Of a DNA stretch of 64,000 nt, positions 11,901-26,069 are shown one piece after another (the stretch's first letter is position 1; each line of letters begins with the position of its first letter). Origin of the DNA: Octopus vulgaris (Eukaryota); contig OX597833.1 in assembly GCA_951406725.2 (NCBI GenBank), forward strand, positions 11,346,001 through 11,410,000. Reading direction: 5' to 3'. The translations under genes were made by a program, and so were the position numbers. Below the pieces are notes generated by a model that saw only the letters and a program-made list of their open reading frames with translations, was not told the origin of the DNA and did no database searches.

Positions 11901-14084
11901 ATCCTCTACTCTGTAACTTATCTAGGTTCAGCTTACAAGTGACCAATTTATGATCACTGTAGCTGACCAAGTGGAACTGTGGACACTTAGCTATGGATCT
12001 ATCTGTTTCTCTAATTAGAATCCTATTTTAATAGGACTTAAAAGACCCGTCACCACTTAACCATGTCCACATTGGGGTGTTCGGGAATTCAAGTCTGTAT
12101 GGATCTACTAGCTGAAAGCGACTTAGTAGATCCCGGAAACCTGCATTAGGTATTCTATTTGGGTTCGAGCCAACATTATCCACGCGCGCATCTTGAATAA
12201 CATTAAAGTCCCCTAACAAAACTAATGGGTACGCCGTACCAAGAAACTTCTCTAGGTCTCGGAAATACTCAGACTGACCATTGTAGGGGGCGTAAATTGC
12301 CACCAGCCTGATTTTCTTACCGCAACTTAAAGTCAGGTCGAAGACGACCAGCCTACCCTCTGGGTCACAAAAAATTAACTTCTTCTCTGAAACCCGGTTT
12401 CTTTTTAGTAGGACCAACACCCCCACACCCACCCGCCGGTGGACTGGAGAAATAAATTTCTCGTATCCGTCCAGGAGTGGGAGCAGTCCTCTTGATCCCT
12501 TTAACCGGGTTTCAGTAGCAACAATGACATCCAAATTATGTGACATGACGTCGTTTAAGAAGCGGCCTCGCTTCCATCCCGTCGTCAGGCCACGCACATT
12601 TAAACATCCAACGTGAACTGCCATAAGTCTTACCTCAATTTCTTGTGTCTTCGCTAAAAGGCGGAGGTGGGTCCGCCTCTTTTTCTTTTTCTCGGGCTCG
12701 TGGAGTCGTTTTAATTAAGCCAACATCACTCCGATGGTCATTTGCTAGAACGTTGTAAGACGTTCTGTCTCCGTGGTAGACTTCGAAACCGTCTTTAACG
12801 TTTTTGCATCCAGTTCTTTTTAGTTTTTTAATTTGTATTTGGCTCATTAATCTCGAGTTTGAGGTTCGAACCGCCATATATAGAACTTCTTTCTCTCGTA
12901 TTTCTTTTGTTTTTGATTTTTTGGCTTTTTCTTGCCTTCTTTGAGTTTGCATTTTTGCCAATGATTTAACATTTCTCTTTAATTTCCTTTGGCTACCAGT
13001 TCTCTTCCATTCCGTCTCTTCTTTATTTCCGCTCTCATTTTCTTCTTCTGTGCTTTCTTCTTCTGTTTTCCCATTCTCTGTAGTTTCATCTTCCGAGTCT
13101 TCTTCAATGTTGTTCTCCTCTTTTTCTTTTTCTTCACCACTCTTGCATTCGGACCTAACATGGCCCTTCTTTCCACATTTAAAACATCTGGGTTTTCTAC
13201 ATTCCACCATGACTACTAACTTCGTACCCATTGTATCTATGACCTCTGGAATTTTTTCTAGGGTCATAGGCTCTGCTTGGATCAGCATTTTTATTGTTTG
13301 GCCAAGCCAGACTTTGTCTTCTGTTACTTCCGCAGAAAGCAGTGTGATTTCTTCCTCTAGGTCATACAGTACTGCCGCTACTAGCCATTCGGCGTCCGCC
13401 TCCGGTGGTACACAGCTTATCTTTATTCGGGAGGTTCTCCTCCCCATATAAAATGGCAACAGTACTACCTCATCCGTTCGCAGAGGCTCCACAGAATACT
13501 TTTGCGCCTGTTCCACTGTTGACATCCTCACTTCAACAGCTGCATATCTTTTTCCTCTGGCCAAATATGTGATGTTATTCCAAATTGGCCTTAAATATTT
13601 TTCTACACTTCTGTCATTGACATTTCTTTTCAACATTATATGTTTTGAAAATTACAGTCCTTTCGAGTGCATCTTTAATGATGCTATGAGTAGGGACCAC
13701 CTTTATTTCGGTCCCTTCTTTTGTTAACAGCTCTCGGTTTGCCTTCAAATTGGTTGTATCAATTTTCCTTGAGTTTCCTCCGGCGGCAGCCGCAAAGCTC
13801 CTTATTGGCTCTTCTAATATCCTTCTGCTCACTACAGAATCCTTACTGGTACTTGGCACTGGAGATACACTCTCCCTACGCGCGACAGTACCTTCCATTG
13901 TGTAAAAACACTAATAAAGAAAGTAAAACGTTTCCCCGCAAGGGGGAATTAAAACAAATTTTGCTTCAAAACAAGCAATAAATAGTCCCTTTTTTCAAAT
14001 TATAATAATCGAATTTAACTGTAACAGACACAAAATTTTAACATTGTACACTGCATAATAAGCGACATTATTAAGAAACCTGCG
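8999..14084 (-). mobile_element. Near full-length Tx1/L1-group LINE, degenerate (ORF1 with CCHC knuckle; ORF2 APE-RT-zf)
   Basis: ORF1 13898-12635 (CFKCGKKGHVRSEC). ORF2: CLNVRGL, LLGDFN, FRPITLLN, VRQGCPLSPLLY, SAYADD, CPRC...ETGLHAIVQC. Several stops/frameshifts; imperfect 11-bp TSD at 8988-8998 and 14085-14095. Confidence 0.9.
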
Positions 14085-14612
14085 TCTCCATCCGACTTCG
14101 ATAGGAAAATGTTCCACTTTCCAGCCTGCGTCTTCACATTCCTCAAGGTTTTCATAACGGTTCAATTTTCGAGCCCGAGCGGCGTCCATATTATCTTCAT
14201 GAGGAACTGTTAGCTCGACTATATTTACAACTTTTTTCACACCACATCAAAATATCTGTATTTTTCGAAACTGGGATGGGAAAGAAAACCTGGCACCCAG
14301 GTAAATCTGCAGTTACCTCTCAATAGCCGTTCCACTTTTCATTTCTCTCAGGATGTTTCTTGATCTTTTTCTTGAAACGGATCCGCTGACCTGGTCGCAC
14401 GATGGTAATGAAATCTCTTGATGGTACTTTTAACGGTTTTTCCTCAGTGTTGTTGAGGTGAATTTGGTTCTTTATAGCATTGAAGATAACCTTAAGGACC
14501 AAGTTGTGCCTCCATGTGTACCTGTTCAATGCTAATGAACAGTTGGAAAGAATACGTGTTAGTGTACCGACCTTTCTACATTTGCAGATGTCAATCTCTA
14601 AGACGTTCCATC
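14085..14612 (-). mobile_element. HERO-like copy 1, CCHC plus restriction-like endonuclease region (5'-truncated)
   Basis: C..C.KVGTL.RILSNC..AL.RYTWRHNLVL and IVELTVPHEDN...K..RY..L...GWKV...PIEVG. Confidence 0.85.
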
Positions 14613-15142
14613 TTTGAAACAGGTGATATGGGAAAGTGCAACATTGACAACAAAACATTTGTAGAGTAAATGCAGGGCTAATTCGACTAAGCAACATGCT
14701 ATGCGTCCGTTTGGAGTGTTTCAGGCCCTAACCTGTCATGCAAAATTGAATGTGGGGTTTGTGTGTTTTTTGAACGCACGGAAAATCTGTCAGTGGATAT
14801 ACTCTCCTTTGCTGCAGTGTGCGCTGTGTCTAACACGACCCATCATCGGAAATTTTGACACCTCACGTCGGGTTTTTTGTCCTACATCACTCATAGAGTA
14901 AATTTGGAGGAACTGTGGTTGTTCATTCGCGGGTACCAGAGAGCCAATGAGGGTATAGACTTGCCCTTGAACTTTGACGTCGGCGTAAATTCATGTTTAT
15001 CTATCTTCTTAGATTCACCAAACGATGTCATTTGAAATGCAGAGTTGTATTGTCTGATATTGTTCAGAAAATCCTTTGACTGGATTGAAGTGCATTCTAG
15101 AAGATTCCTATGGGGTTGAGATGGTAGTGTTGGCAATGATAC
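14613..15142 (-). mobile_element. Helitron relic (Rep N-terminal region); 3' end lost
   Basis: FLNNIRQYNSAFQMTSFG motif; paralog of 58162-58745, which keeps the hairpin-CTAG end. Confidence 0.75.
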
Positions 15143-15243
15143 CTGTCCGAAAATGTTGTCATCTATTGCATTGTTTTAAGTTCTAAACGATAATAAATAC
15201 CCTGAAGTTCTATTTATATGATGCTATTTCTATTTTTTCACAG

Positions 15244-15295
15244 AACCGTTTCATCTCCAAGAAATCTCTCGACGATAAACCTGATGACACACCAA
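15244..15295 (+). CDS. Gene A exon 2a (52 nt, NRFISKKSLDDKPDDTP)
   Basis: TTTTTTCACAG acceptor, GTAAG donor, phase 0 to 1; identical to gene B exon 2. Confidence 0.7.
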
Positions 15296-15479
15296 GTAAG
15301 AACTAATTTTATAGCTAAAGTCATTAACCCGTGTCTCCTTAAGTCATGGTTTATAATTTCACCAACTTTGAATTAGTTCCACATTACTATCCACATGTCC
15401 ACAATAGTATATACTAAGACACTTGCCTGAATTTATTTCGAAATATATTCTACTTTACAATAATTCCCTTAATAAAATC

Positions 15480-17135
15480 TTACTCTAATATACAATGCCA
15501 TTTATTGTGTATATGAGTATATATGCGGTGCTATACATGTCGTCTACAAATAACAGTCGACCGATCACGTAGAGATGAATTGGGATACCTCTACCACAAT
15601 GGCTGAGCATATTCAACCAGATCACAAAAAAGAATGTGAGAAGGGGCACTAACAATGCACACTTCAACTAAGTGAAACCTTCAAGTTGAAAAATTTCGAC
15701 TTTTACATAAATACAATCATTTCAACCTCCATATGGCAACCAGTATTTGCCCATTAAACTCACCTTCCTGGTAAACCATCCACAACATTCCCCAGGACAC
15801 ATGATCGTGTGCCTTTTCGTGGTTTACAGCGTCTAAACCTTGGAAATGCATCAAATTTTGCTGGAAGATCTATCTTTGAACGACTATCTGGTCAGGTGTA
15901 CCGCGTGGCGGACGGTAATCTTGGGCGCGACAATTTCCCTACATATCTTTTCCTGACATCAAGTGTAGACTTTTCTATAATTAGAACACACTCTTTGATC
16001 TTTGTTTTAAAAAATTGTGATTGTCACTCCATATTACCATTGCCTTGGTGTTTTTTCCAGAGGTCCCATCCACCTAGCATACATGGGTCACTCAGAGAAT
16101 ACCATCTGTATTTAAGGTTTCTAAAATATCAAGCCGAACGTGCTTATCACCAGCAGCTTTATCACTTTTAAGTGATTTTAGCTCAAATAAGCGTTCAACC
16201 GAAGAAGAACCTGCTGAATAAAATAATACAATCACGAATCCATTTCGAGGTCCAACTTCATTCAGGCGGGTCACTCTCAATTTGGATGCAAAAGTCTCCA
16301 CATTTTTGTTTCTGATCCCAGCATCCACTGCGGCTTCCAACTGTATTCTGTAAGTCGAATTGGACTTACCAATTTCAAGTGTTCGGTAAACTGTAGGAAT
16401 TTTCAGGGTTTTAGACATTTAGGTAGTGACGAGTTGATAACTCCACCCTTCCTCTTACACAAACGTTCAGCAAAGAGTGAAAGAGGACCGAACTCAATCA
16501 GAAACCTCTGTCACCAAGTATTTCTATGCCAGGCACCCTTATAAATATCCCTGTCTTAAAATAATATCTATACCATAGAGTGGAGAGTGTGTATCCTGCA
16601 CAGAAGGCTGCTATGATCTCTCCATTAAGTTCACTGACGACATTCCTTCCAATCAATCCTTCTCACGGTTATCAGTACCAAGGTGTGCACTGAAGTCTCC
16701 TTGCAGGACAAATGACTTTACCCCAAATATATCTAAAGCTGAGGTGAATTTGCTTAGGAAGGATTTGTATTTGACCTCGCTGTTTGCTGCATATACTTAC
16801 AGCAGCCACAGTGGTCCTTCATATTCAGCCCTAGCTTCAAGAAGCGAACCCTCACACCTAGTAGGTTTCACTCAATAATACAATCGGAAAGCTGGGGATT
16901 GAGAGTATCCTAATCCCACCTGTGCAGACATTGCTGGCACCACAGTTGCGTAGTGGAGATTCAAGCCTATATCCAAGTGTACGCTATCGGAGAAAGGAAA
17001 TTTTGTAGAGGAGACACCGATTATATCTTACAGGCAGATTATATCTAACAATTTTGACGTTTTAATTCTCAATTATTAAAGGTTGTTCCCTTCTTGATCT
17101 GCTTTGTCGTCCTGAGACCGTCAATATTGTGCTCC
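15480..17135 (-). mobile_element. Old RTE-like LINE relic in intron 2 (copy a)
   Basis: Degenerate APE (GDF.AH.G-like) and RT (LLFVDD) motifs; close paralog of 56045-57880. Confidence 0.6.
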
Positions 17136-17200
17136 CATCAAAAACGGTAAGTCATGGATTTTGTGTTAACATATGTATGTCTGTATGCATGTATTTATTT
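17136..17200 (+). pseudogene. Remnant of a third exon 1 (last ~11 nt plus splice donor and intron start)
   Basis: ATCAAAAACG|GTAAGTCATGGATTTTGTGTTAA matches 4254-4286. Confidence 0.75.
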
Positions 17201-17359
17201 AGGTATGTATGTGTGCGTGTGTGTAAATATGTGTGTGTGCGTGTGTGTAAATATGTGTGTATGTATTATGTATGTGTGAGTGTGTGTAAATATGTGTGTA
17301 TGTATTATGTATGTGTGCGTGTGTGTAAATATGTGTGTGTGTATGGATTGATAGATTTG

Positions 17360-18388
<1,029 letters not shown>

Positions 18389-18409
18389 GCAAGATAAGAA
18401 AGTTTATTT

Positions 18410-18775
18410 TCGGCACTTGATGCTTTGGGAACCAGACAAAAATTGCTGCAGCTCGGCTGGCATGTGTTACTCCATCCCTCCATATTTGCAAGATATTGCA
18501 CCTTCGGATTTCCACTTATTCAGGCCTATGTAGAATAGTGTCAATGGTAAAAATTTCAATTCCTTGAATGACGTAAAAAGATACCTCGATGAATTCTTTG
18601 CCATGAAACCACCTCAATTCTGAAAAGAGGGTATTTTCAAGTTAAAGGAAAGATGGAGAAGCATAGTGCAACAAAATGTTTCATATTTGGTTGATTAGAA
18701 ATGCAATGGCAAGTATTTATTGACCCTTTATTTTCCTTTAAAAATCGGCACGAACTTTCCAGGCAACCCAAAATA
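18410..18775 (+). mobile_element. Mariner transposon 3' fragment with terminal inverted repeat
   Basis: Degenerate [14 protein letters not shown] motif (~18481-18523), transposase C-terminus and GCACGAACTTTCCAGGCAACCCAAAATA end. Confidence 0.75.
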
Positions 18776-18831
18776 AATACATATAAATATATGTATATAT
18801 GTATACATATATATATATATATATATATATC

Positions 18832-20325
18832 TCTTATTATAAAAGGCAGATTTTATCTGCCTCCCTTTGGGAGTTATACAAATCTACAATATAGGATTTC
18901 TTCAATTACAATTTACCTAGCAGTTTTGAGAGTACAATGCATCGCGTCATGCCAGGTCCAGTTTTTAAAATTTAAACTCCAATTAAGCAAAATTTACAGA
19001 AAACTCACATTCTGGTGTGTGTGTCAAATGCTTTTCTTAGTCTGGTTTACAGCACACGCAAACGCACACACACAGTGGGCAAGGAATAAAATGAAAGTAA
19101 TTCACTTACTGTAGTGAGTGATTCTTTCACTCTGCCTCCCACTTCCTTGTATACACACATAGAAAAAACTTTTATTTTTTTACATAAGTAATGAGAGCGA
19201 AAGAGACTAAGAGAAAGCGATTGTATGACGAGGGAAGTTCCTTTGAAGTTACCGTGCATGGGACTCATTGATGTACATGTGTGTGTGTGTGTGTTTGATG
19301 GAGTGTGGGAGACAGACAGTATGTTGTGTAAGTGAAGTGCTTCTGTTAGTGTGTGTGAAGAGACAGAGAGAGTAATGTGTGAAAGAGAGAGATAACTGAA
19401 ATTTTTTACTCGGTTTATGTGTATATGTATGTATGCATGTATGTGTGTGTGTGTGTATGTATGTGTGTGTGTATGTATGTATTTATATATAAAAGAAAGG
19501 TTGTGTGTCAGTCTACTCCGATTTAGATTCCTAACTACTCCCACATTTTGCGATGCAGTTTAACCAAAACCGGGTATCTTATAGTCGTGATTCATATCGA
19601 GCCCTTCTGGGTATTAGCGCGCGTCTACGATGAGTCTATGATTTTACAAATAATTTACCATCATTTTTTTCCATTTTAATGCATATTTTTTAAAATAAAC
19701 GGAAGTAACTCTCAAACTTCACACCAATATGCGTGCTCATATGCGACGTAATATCACATCACCAGCATTTCCTCACACCCTCCTTGCACTTGGCGAAGGC
19801 AAAATACCAGGGGATGAAAATGGTAATATTGCCATCGATTCCATTTGTACCATTGTTAAGACGCCTTCTGATCTCAGAGATGCAGTGTTCCCAGATTTAC
19901 AAGCTAATTATCAGAATATGGATTGGATTGGCAAAAAGGCTATACTGGCCCCGAGGAATAAAACTGTTCACCATATTAATGATGAAATGCTAAAACTCAT
20001 TCCTGGGGAAGTCGATGTATATCAGTCTATCGATACAACTCCTGACCCAGAGGACGTCATCAACTATCCAATAGAGGTACTCAATTGCTTTGAGCACCCC
20101 GGACTACCACCACACTTTCTCAAACTTAAAGTTAGTGCCCCTATAATGCTCATCAGAAATTTGGTTCCCCCAAAACAATGCAATGGCACACGTTTGGCGT
20201 TAAGTCCTTATCTCCCACCGTAAGCTTATTTCAATATTTGCCTGAATAATCATCATAATTCAGTGCAATCATTAACAGTACTTTCAAGCAATTCAGCCCC
20301 GAGCAACGCCGGGCAATTCTGCTAG
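18832..20325 (+). mobile_element. Composite non-autonomous Helitron carrying a Pif1 helicase fragment
   Basis: 5' TC start, second 5'-end module at ~19481, ORF 19729-20223 (AILAPRN...[19 protein letters not shown]...CNGTRL), 3' CCCGAGCAACGCCGGG hairpin + CTAG. Confidence 0.85.
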
Positions 20326-20760
20326 TCTTATTATAAAAGGCAGATTTTATCTGCCTCCCTTTGGGAGTTATAGAAATCTACAATATAGAATTTCTTCAAT
20401 TACAATTTACCTAGCATTCTTAAGAGTACAATGCATCGCGTCATGCCAGGTCCAGAATTTAAAATTTAAACTCCAATTAAGCAAAATTTACAGAAAACTC
20501 ACATTCTGGTGTGTGTGTGTCAAATGCTTTTCTTAGTCTGGTTTACACCACACGCAAACGCACACACACAGTGTGCAACGAATAAAATGAAAGTAAATAG
20601 CGACAGAGTGATTTGAGGAAGACTAAACTGAAAGTATTCTGTCTATGACGCTGATAGATACATGAGTAAAATGTATGGGAAGCTAAGAGCTAAGAGTGAG
20701 TGAAAATGTTCTTGGAAGAGAGTAAATAGCGAGAGAGAGAGTGATTTGAGGAAGACTTTA
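20326..20760 (+). mobile_element. Helitron 5' module in head-to-tail tandem with the preceding copy
   Basis: CTAG|TCTTATTATAAAAGGCAG repeats 18832-19100. Confidence 0.75.
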
Positions 20761-21224
20761 CATTAAATAACCGTAGTGGCTTGTGTTAGTAATAAAGTAA
20801 ACATACACTCATACATACATACATACATACATACATACATACATACATACACACACACATACACACACACATACATACACACACACATACATACATACAC
20901 ACATACATACATACATACATATACATACATACATGCATATACATACATACATACACACACACATACACGCACACAGTATTGAAGCTTGAGAACAATCAGA
21001 TACATTTGCAACACATCTGTTGAAAATATTATTGTTCACACACATACATATACATATATACATACAGACAGACAGACAGATAGACACACACACACACACA
21101 CACACATGATCCAGCATGGCCACAACCTCAAGGCTGAAACATATAAAAGAATAACAGAATATAAATGTGTGCAAAGTACAAGATATATTAATGCAGTAAT
21201 GGGGATTGGACAATAAGCGTAAGG

Positions 21225-21525
21225 CAGTGTCAATGGTGGTTCCAGAAATCCCGAGCCATAAACTACAGCCTAGAAGACGAGCCTCATCCTGAAAGATCTG
21301 CAGAACTCGACAAGGACATCCTGAAAACCCTGGTGGAACAACATCTCATCGTAACTGTTGAGGAACTAGCAGAGAAGCTTGGATTTGGTCATTCAACCAT
21401 TCATTGAGACCTGTGTGCTATCGGAAAAGTCAGCAAATTGGGTCAATTGGTTCCTCACGAACTTTCCGAGTCTAATTGCATGCAGAGAGTGAATGTATGC
21501 TTTTCTTTGCTGTCACATCTCACCA
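21225..21525 (+). mobile_element. Mariner transposase N-terminal (HTH) fragment
   Basis: SLEDEPH...TVEELAEKLGFGHSTIH...GKVSKLGQLVPHELS (WVPHEL-like motif). Confidence 0.75.
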
Positions 21526-21542
21526 CTACTGCGCTATGTATA

Positions 21543-22179
21543 TCTATATATATAAAACTGTAGTTGTGTGAGTGTCTGTCCCCTTCGATTTAGATTCCTA
21601 ACTACTCCCACATTTTGCGGTGCAGTTTAACCAAATTCGGGTAGCTTATAGTCGTGATTCATATCGAGCCCGTCTGAGTATTAGCGCGCGTCTACAATGA
21701 GTCTACGATTTTAAAAATAATTTAACATCATTTTTTATTCCATTTTAATGCATAATTTTTCGTGTGTCGATGGCGGCGGAGTTGGCGTCCACGCTCACAC
21801 CTGCACCTGTGGGGAAGGGAGTGTAAGGAAATCAACGTCGTAATGCGTTGTCAAGGAGACCAGTGTTCTTTTAGAACAACGACTTCATGGCTTGAAGACA
21901 CCAAAACAGAAATGGCTAAGAAAGCGTCAACATGAGTCTACGATTAAAAAAAAAATTTACCATCGTTTTTTTTCCATTTTAATGCATTTTTTCGCTATTA
22001 TATAAGGGAAGTAACTCTCTAAAAATGTCTACGATGAGTCAACGATTTTTATAAAAATTTACCATCATATTTTTTCCATTTTTAATGCATTTTTTGCTAT
22101 TTTTTGGCTATAACTCTCTAAAAATGCTTATATAGTTATTTCCCTTACAAACTCGAGCAACGCCGGGCGATACTGCTAG
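21543..22179 (+). mobile_element. Short non-autonomous Helitron
   Basis: TC start, GAGCAACGCCGGGCGATACTGCTAG end; 5' module shared with 19481 and 24000. Confidence 0.8.
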
Positions 22180-22225
<46 letters not shown>

Positions 22226-22226
<1 letters not shown>

Positions 22227-22836
22227 CTCTTTTTATAAAAGGCAGATTTTATCTGCCTCCCTTTGTCTCTTATAGAAATCTACAATATAGGATTTCTTCA
22301 ATTACAATTTAGCTAGCATTTTTAAGAGTAGAATGCATCGGGTCTTGCCAGGTCCGGTTTTTAAAATTTCAACCCCAATTAAGCAAAATTTAGAGAAAAC
22401 TCACATTGTGGTGTCTGAGTCAAGTACTTTTCTTAGTGTGGGCTATAGCATACGCACACACACACACACAAAGGGAGCGATCTGATTCACTCACGCTATC
22501 ACTCTAATTTCTACGACTTTGTCTTTGCAAGTCTACCTTACAGCACTACTCAAAAAAAAAGCAGCAAACAAAAACAAATAAATACATAACGATTTACTCC
22601 TCACACAATTTCTTCAATTAGACTTTACCTATGATTTTTCAAAGTACTTCCATTGGGTCATGCCATAAAAAATTTCTTTCAATTTCACCCCCAATTAAGA
22701 CAAAATTCGAGAAGACTCAATATTTTAACATTTCACTTTGAAGCCTTTACTCTGCCTATTACTCCAACTTCCTCTTTAGACACATAGACACGCTAATATA
22801 TACGACAGTGTCAATTGTTGACAGACATTGTAAGCT

Positions 22837-22897
<61 letters not shown>

Positions 22898-24844
22898 GTG
22901 TCTGTGTGTGTGTGTGTGTGTGTGCGTGTGTGTGAAGGTGCGCGTGTATGTGTGTGTGTGTGACAGGGATGACCCATTCAGACTGGTCATCCTTTTTGCT
23001 AGAAGATCACCTAAGCTACACCACTGGTTTTCAGTTCATATTAATCAAATTAATATTCACAAGAAGAAGGACTATTCATTATAATACATCAGTTCCATCG
23101 GACAACTGCACAAACATTTGCCATTTTACACATGTATGTAAACAAATTCCTTTCTTAAATTCATTTTCTTTTTCAATTCATACAAAGTTATTTAGGACGA
23201 ATATAACATCTAAAGTTATCTCTAAGAAACAGAAAGATCGCCCAAAAGTGTATATAGATATTTAAATGTATTTATATATTCATCTATGCACACATGTATG
23301 TATAACGTGTGTGTATATATTTCCAAAGAGGTAACCATTCACTCCGCACAAAGTTTTTTAGGACGAAAATAACATCTAAAGTTATCTCTAAGTAGCAGTC
23401 GCCCAAATGTGTATATAGACACACACATGTATGTATAACGTGTGTGTATATATTTCCAAAGAGGTAACCATTCACTCCATACAAAGTTATTTAGGACGAA
23501 TATAACATCTAAAGTTATCTCTAAGAAACAGAAAGATCGCCCAAAAGTTTATATAGATATTTAAATGTATTTATATATTCATCTATACACACATGTATGT
23601 ATAATGTGTGTGTATATATTTCCATAGAGGTAACCATTCACTCCGCACAAAGTTTTTTAGGACGAAAATAACATCTAAAGTTATCTCTAAGAAGCAGAAA
23701 GATCGCCCAAAAGTGTATATAGATATTTAAATGTATTTATATATTTATCTATGCACACATGTATGTATAACGTGTGTGTATATATTTCCATAGAGGTAAC
23801 CATTCACTCCATACAAAGTTTTTTAGGACGAAAATAAGATCTAAAGTTATCTCTAAGAAGCAGAAAGATCGTCCAAAAGTGTATATATATATTTAAATGT
23901 ATTTATATATTCATCTATACACACATGTATGTATAATGTGTGTGTATATATTCCATAGAGGTAACCATTCACTCCATACAAAGTTTTTTAGGACGAAAAT
24001 CTTTATATATAAAAGAAAGGTTGTGTGTCTGTCTACTCCGATTTAGATTCCTAACTACTCCCACATTTTGCGATGCAGTTTAACCAAAACCGAGTATCTT
24101 ATAGTCGTGATTCATATCGAGCCCTTCTGGGTATTAGCGCGCGTCTACGATGAGGCTACGATTTTACAAATAATTTACCATCATTTTTTCCCATTTTAAT
24201 GCATTTTTTTTAAAGAAAGGGAAGTAACTCTCAAACTTCACACCAATATGCGTGCTCATATGCGACGTAATATCACATCAGCAGCATTTCCTCACACCCT
24301 CATTGCACTTGGCGAAGGCAAAATACCAGGAGATGAAAATGGTAATATTGCCATCGATTCCATTTGTACCATTGTTAAGACGCCTTCTGATCTCAGAGAT
24401 GCAGTGTTCCAAGATCTACAAGCTAATTATCAGAATATGGATTGGATTGGCAAAAAGGCTATACTGGCCCCAAGGAATAAAACTATTCACCATATTAATG
24501 ATGAAATGCTAAACTCATTCCTGGGGAAGTCTAATTATATCAGTCTATCGATACAACTCCTGACCCAGAGGACGTCATCAACTATCCAATAGAGGTACTC
24601 AATTCCTTTGAGCACCCCGGACTACCACCACACATTCTCAAACTTAAAGTTGGTGCCCCTATAATGCTCATCAGAAATTTGGTTCACCCAAAACAATGCA
24701 ATGGCACACGTTTGATCGTTAAATCCTTATCTCCCAGCGTAAACTTATATCAATATTTGCCTGAATAATCATCATCATTCAGTGCAATCATTAACAGTAC
24801 TTTCAAGTAATTCAGCCCCGAGCAACGCCGGGCAATTCTGCTAG
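22226..24844 (+). mobile_element. Composite Helitron with internal minisatellite and Pif1 fragment
   Basis: Same two 5' modules (22226 and 24000) and same 3' end as 18832-20325; ORF 24248-24592 is frameshifted. Confidence 0.8.
23178..24000. repeat. ~166-bp minisatellite, ~5 copies
   Basis: CAAAGTT.TTTAGGACGAA...GAGGTAACCATTCACTCC recurs near 23178, 23345, 23478, 23645, 23810 and 23975. Confidence 0.9.
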
Positions 24845-25694
24845 TATATATATAAACACGCACACACAAACATATGTATATATATATGTATAAACATATA
24901 TATATATATATAAATTTTTATCCACTTACATATATACATCTACATATACACACTATATTTAAGGAGTAAATAACCAGTTTATATAGCACCCGTGTACAAA
25001 ATATCTAATCCTCATCCCTTTCGTATGCAGTCAATTTATAACCTACTATATATGTTCCCTAACATTTTTCTTACAAACTTTTGTGATATTCCATTGAATG
25101 CCAAATAATATATCGACCTTCGAGCTTCAATTCGGAATATTATTCACCAGTGCTAGAAATGCCTGACTCTTCAGTGATCATGATGGATATCTATACTAAA
25201 CAATATCAAGGCAATAGAGCTTTTGCATCAATTCAAACTACTTTTAAATATTGCTTCATATTGCCTTGACAGTTTCTTCTAAGGACGCAGTGGAAAAGTC
25301 CTACAGCGGATTAGGACGCCGTACATGAAAGGTTGGCGTCGGGCTTTCTTGTACGTCAGCAGAATGCGCAAGTCTACGTTTCTAGTAATCATCAAACTAC
25401 CAGCGATTTTAGATAGCAAAATTAGTCTACTCTTGACAATGAACAGGGATATTAGCTGTTTATGTAATGTGTATGCTTTGCCATATACAAGCATGAAATA
25501 ATGAAATACCAGATTCACAGAAAGGCATGCAGTTACAGCAAACCTCCAAGATGTACCACGATATAAAAGATTTGGTGGAATGGACAATGTCGACATCACC
25601 CACATCTTCATAAAATGCTGTCCGAAAATGTTGTCATATATTGCATTCTTTTTTCAGTTCTAAACGATAATAAATACTCTCTATTTTTCCACAG

Positions 25695-25746
25695 AACCGT
25701 GTCATCTCCAAGAAATCTCTCGACGATAATCCTGATGACACCCCAA
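25695..25746 (+). CDS. Gene A exon 2b (52 nt, NRVISKKSLDDNPDDTP)
   Basis: TTTTTCCACAG acceptor, GTAAG donor, phase 0 to 1. Confidence 0.7.
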
Positions 25747-26069
25747 GTAAGAACTAATTTTATATTGTATAAGACAATAACTTTGAAGAAATGTTCAGGA
25801 ATGAGATTAAATATTATAAAGTATCCAGCTTCCAGTTCTACAGTGTTTAGCCAAAGTCATTCACCCGTGTCTCCTTAACGATTTATAATTTCACCAAAGT
25901 TGAATTGTCTCTACATCACTATCCATATTTCTTCAGTAATATATACTAAGACACTAGTCTAAATTTCTTTTGAAATACATTTTTCTTTACAATAATTTCC
26001 TTAATAAAATTTTACTCTGTTATACTATGACATTAATTGTGTGTATATGAGTGTGTGTGTGTGTGTGTG

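Noticed and set aside
15281-15288. CTGATGA in exon 2a/2b as a hammerhead core
   Set aside because: No matching GAAA/stem arrangement found; explained by Pro-Asp-Asp codons.
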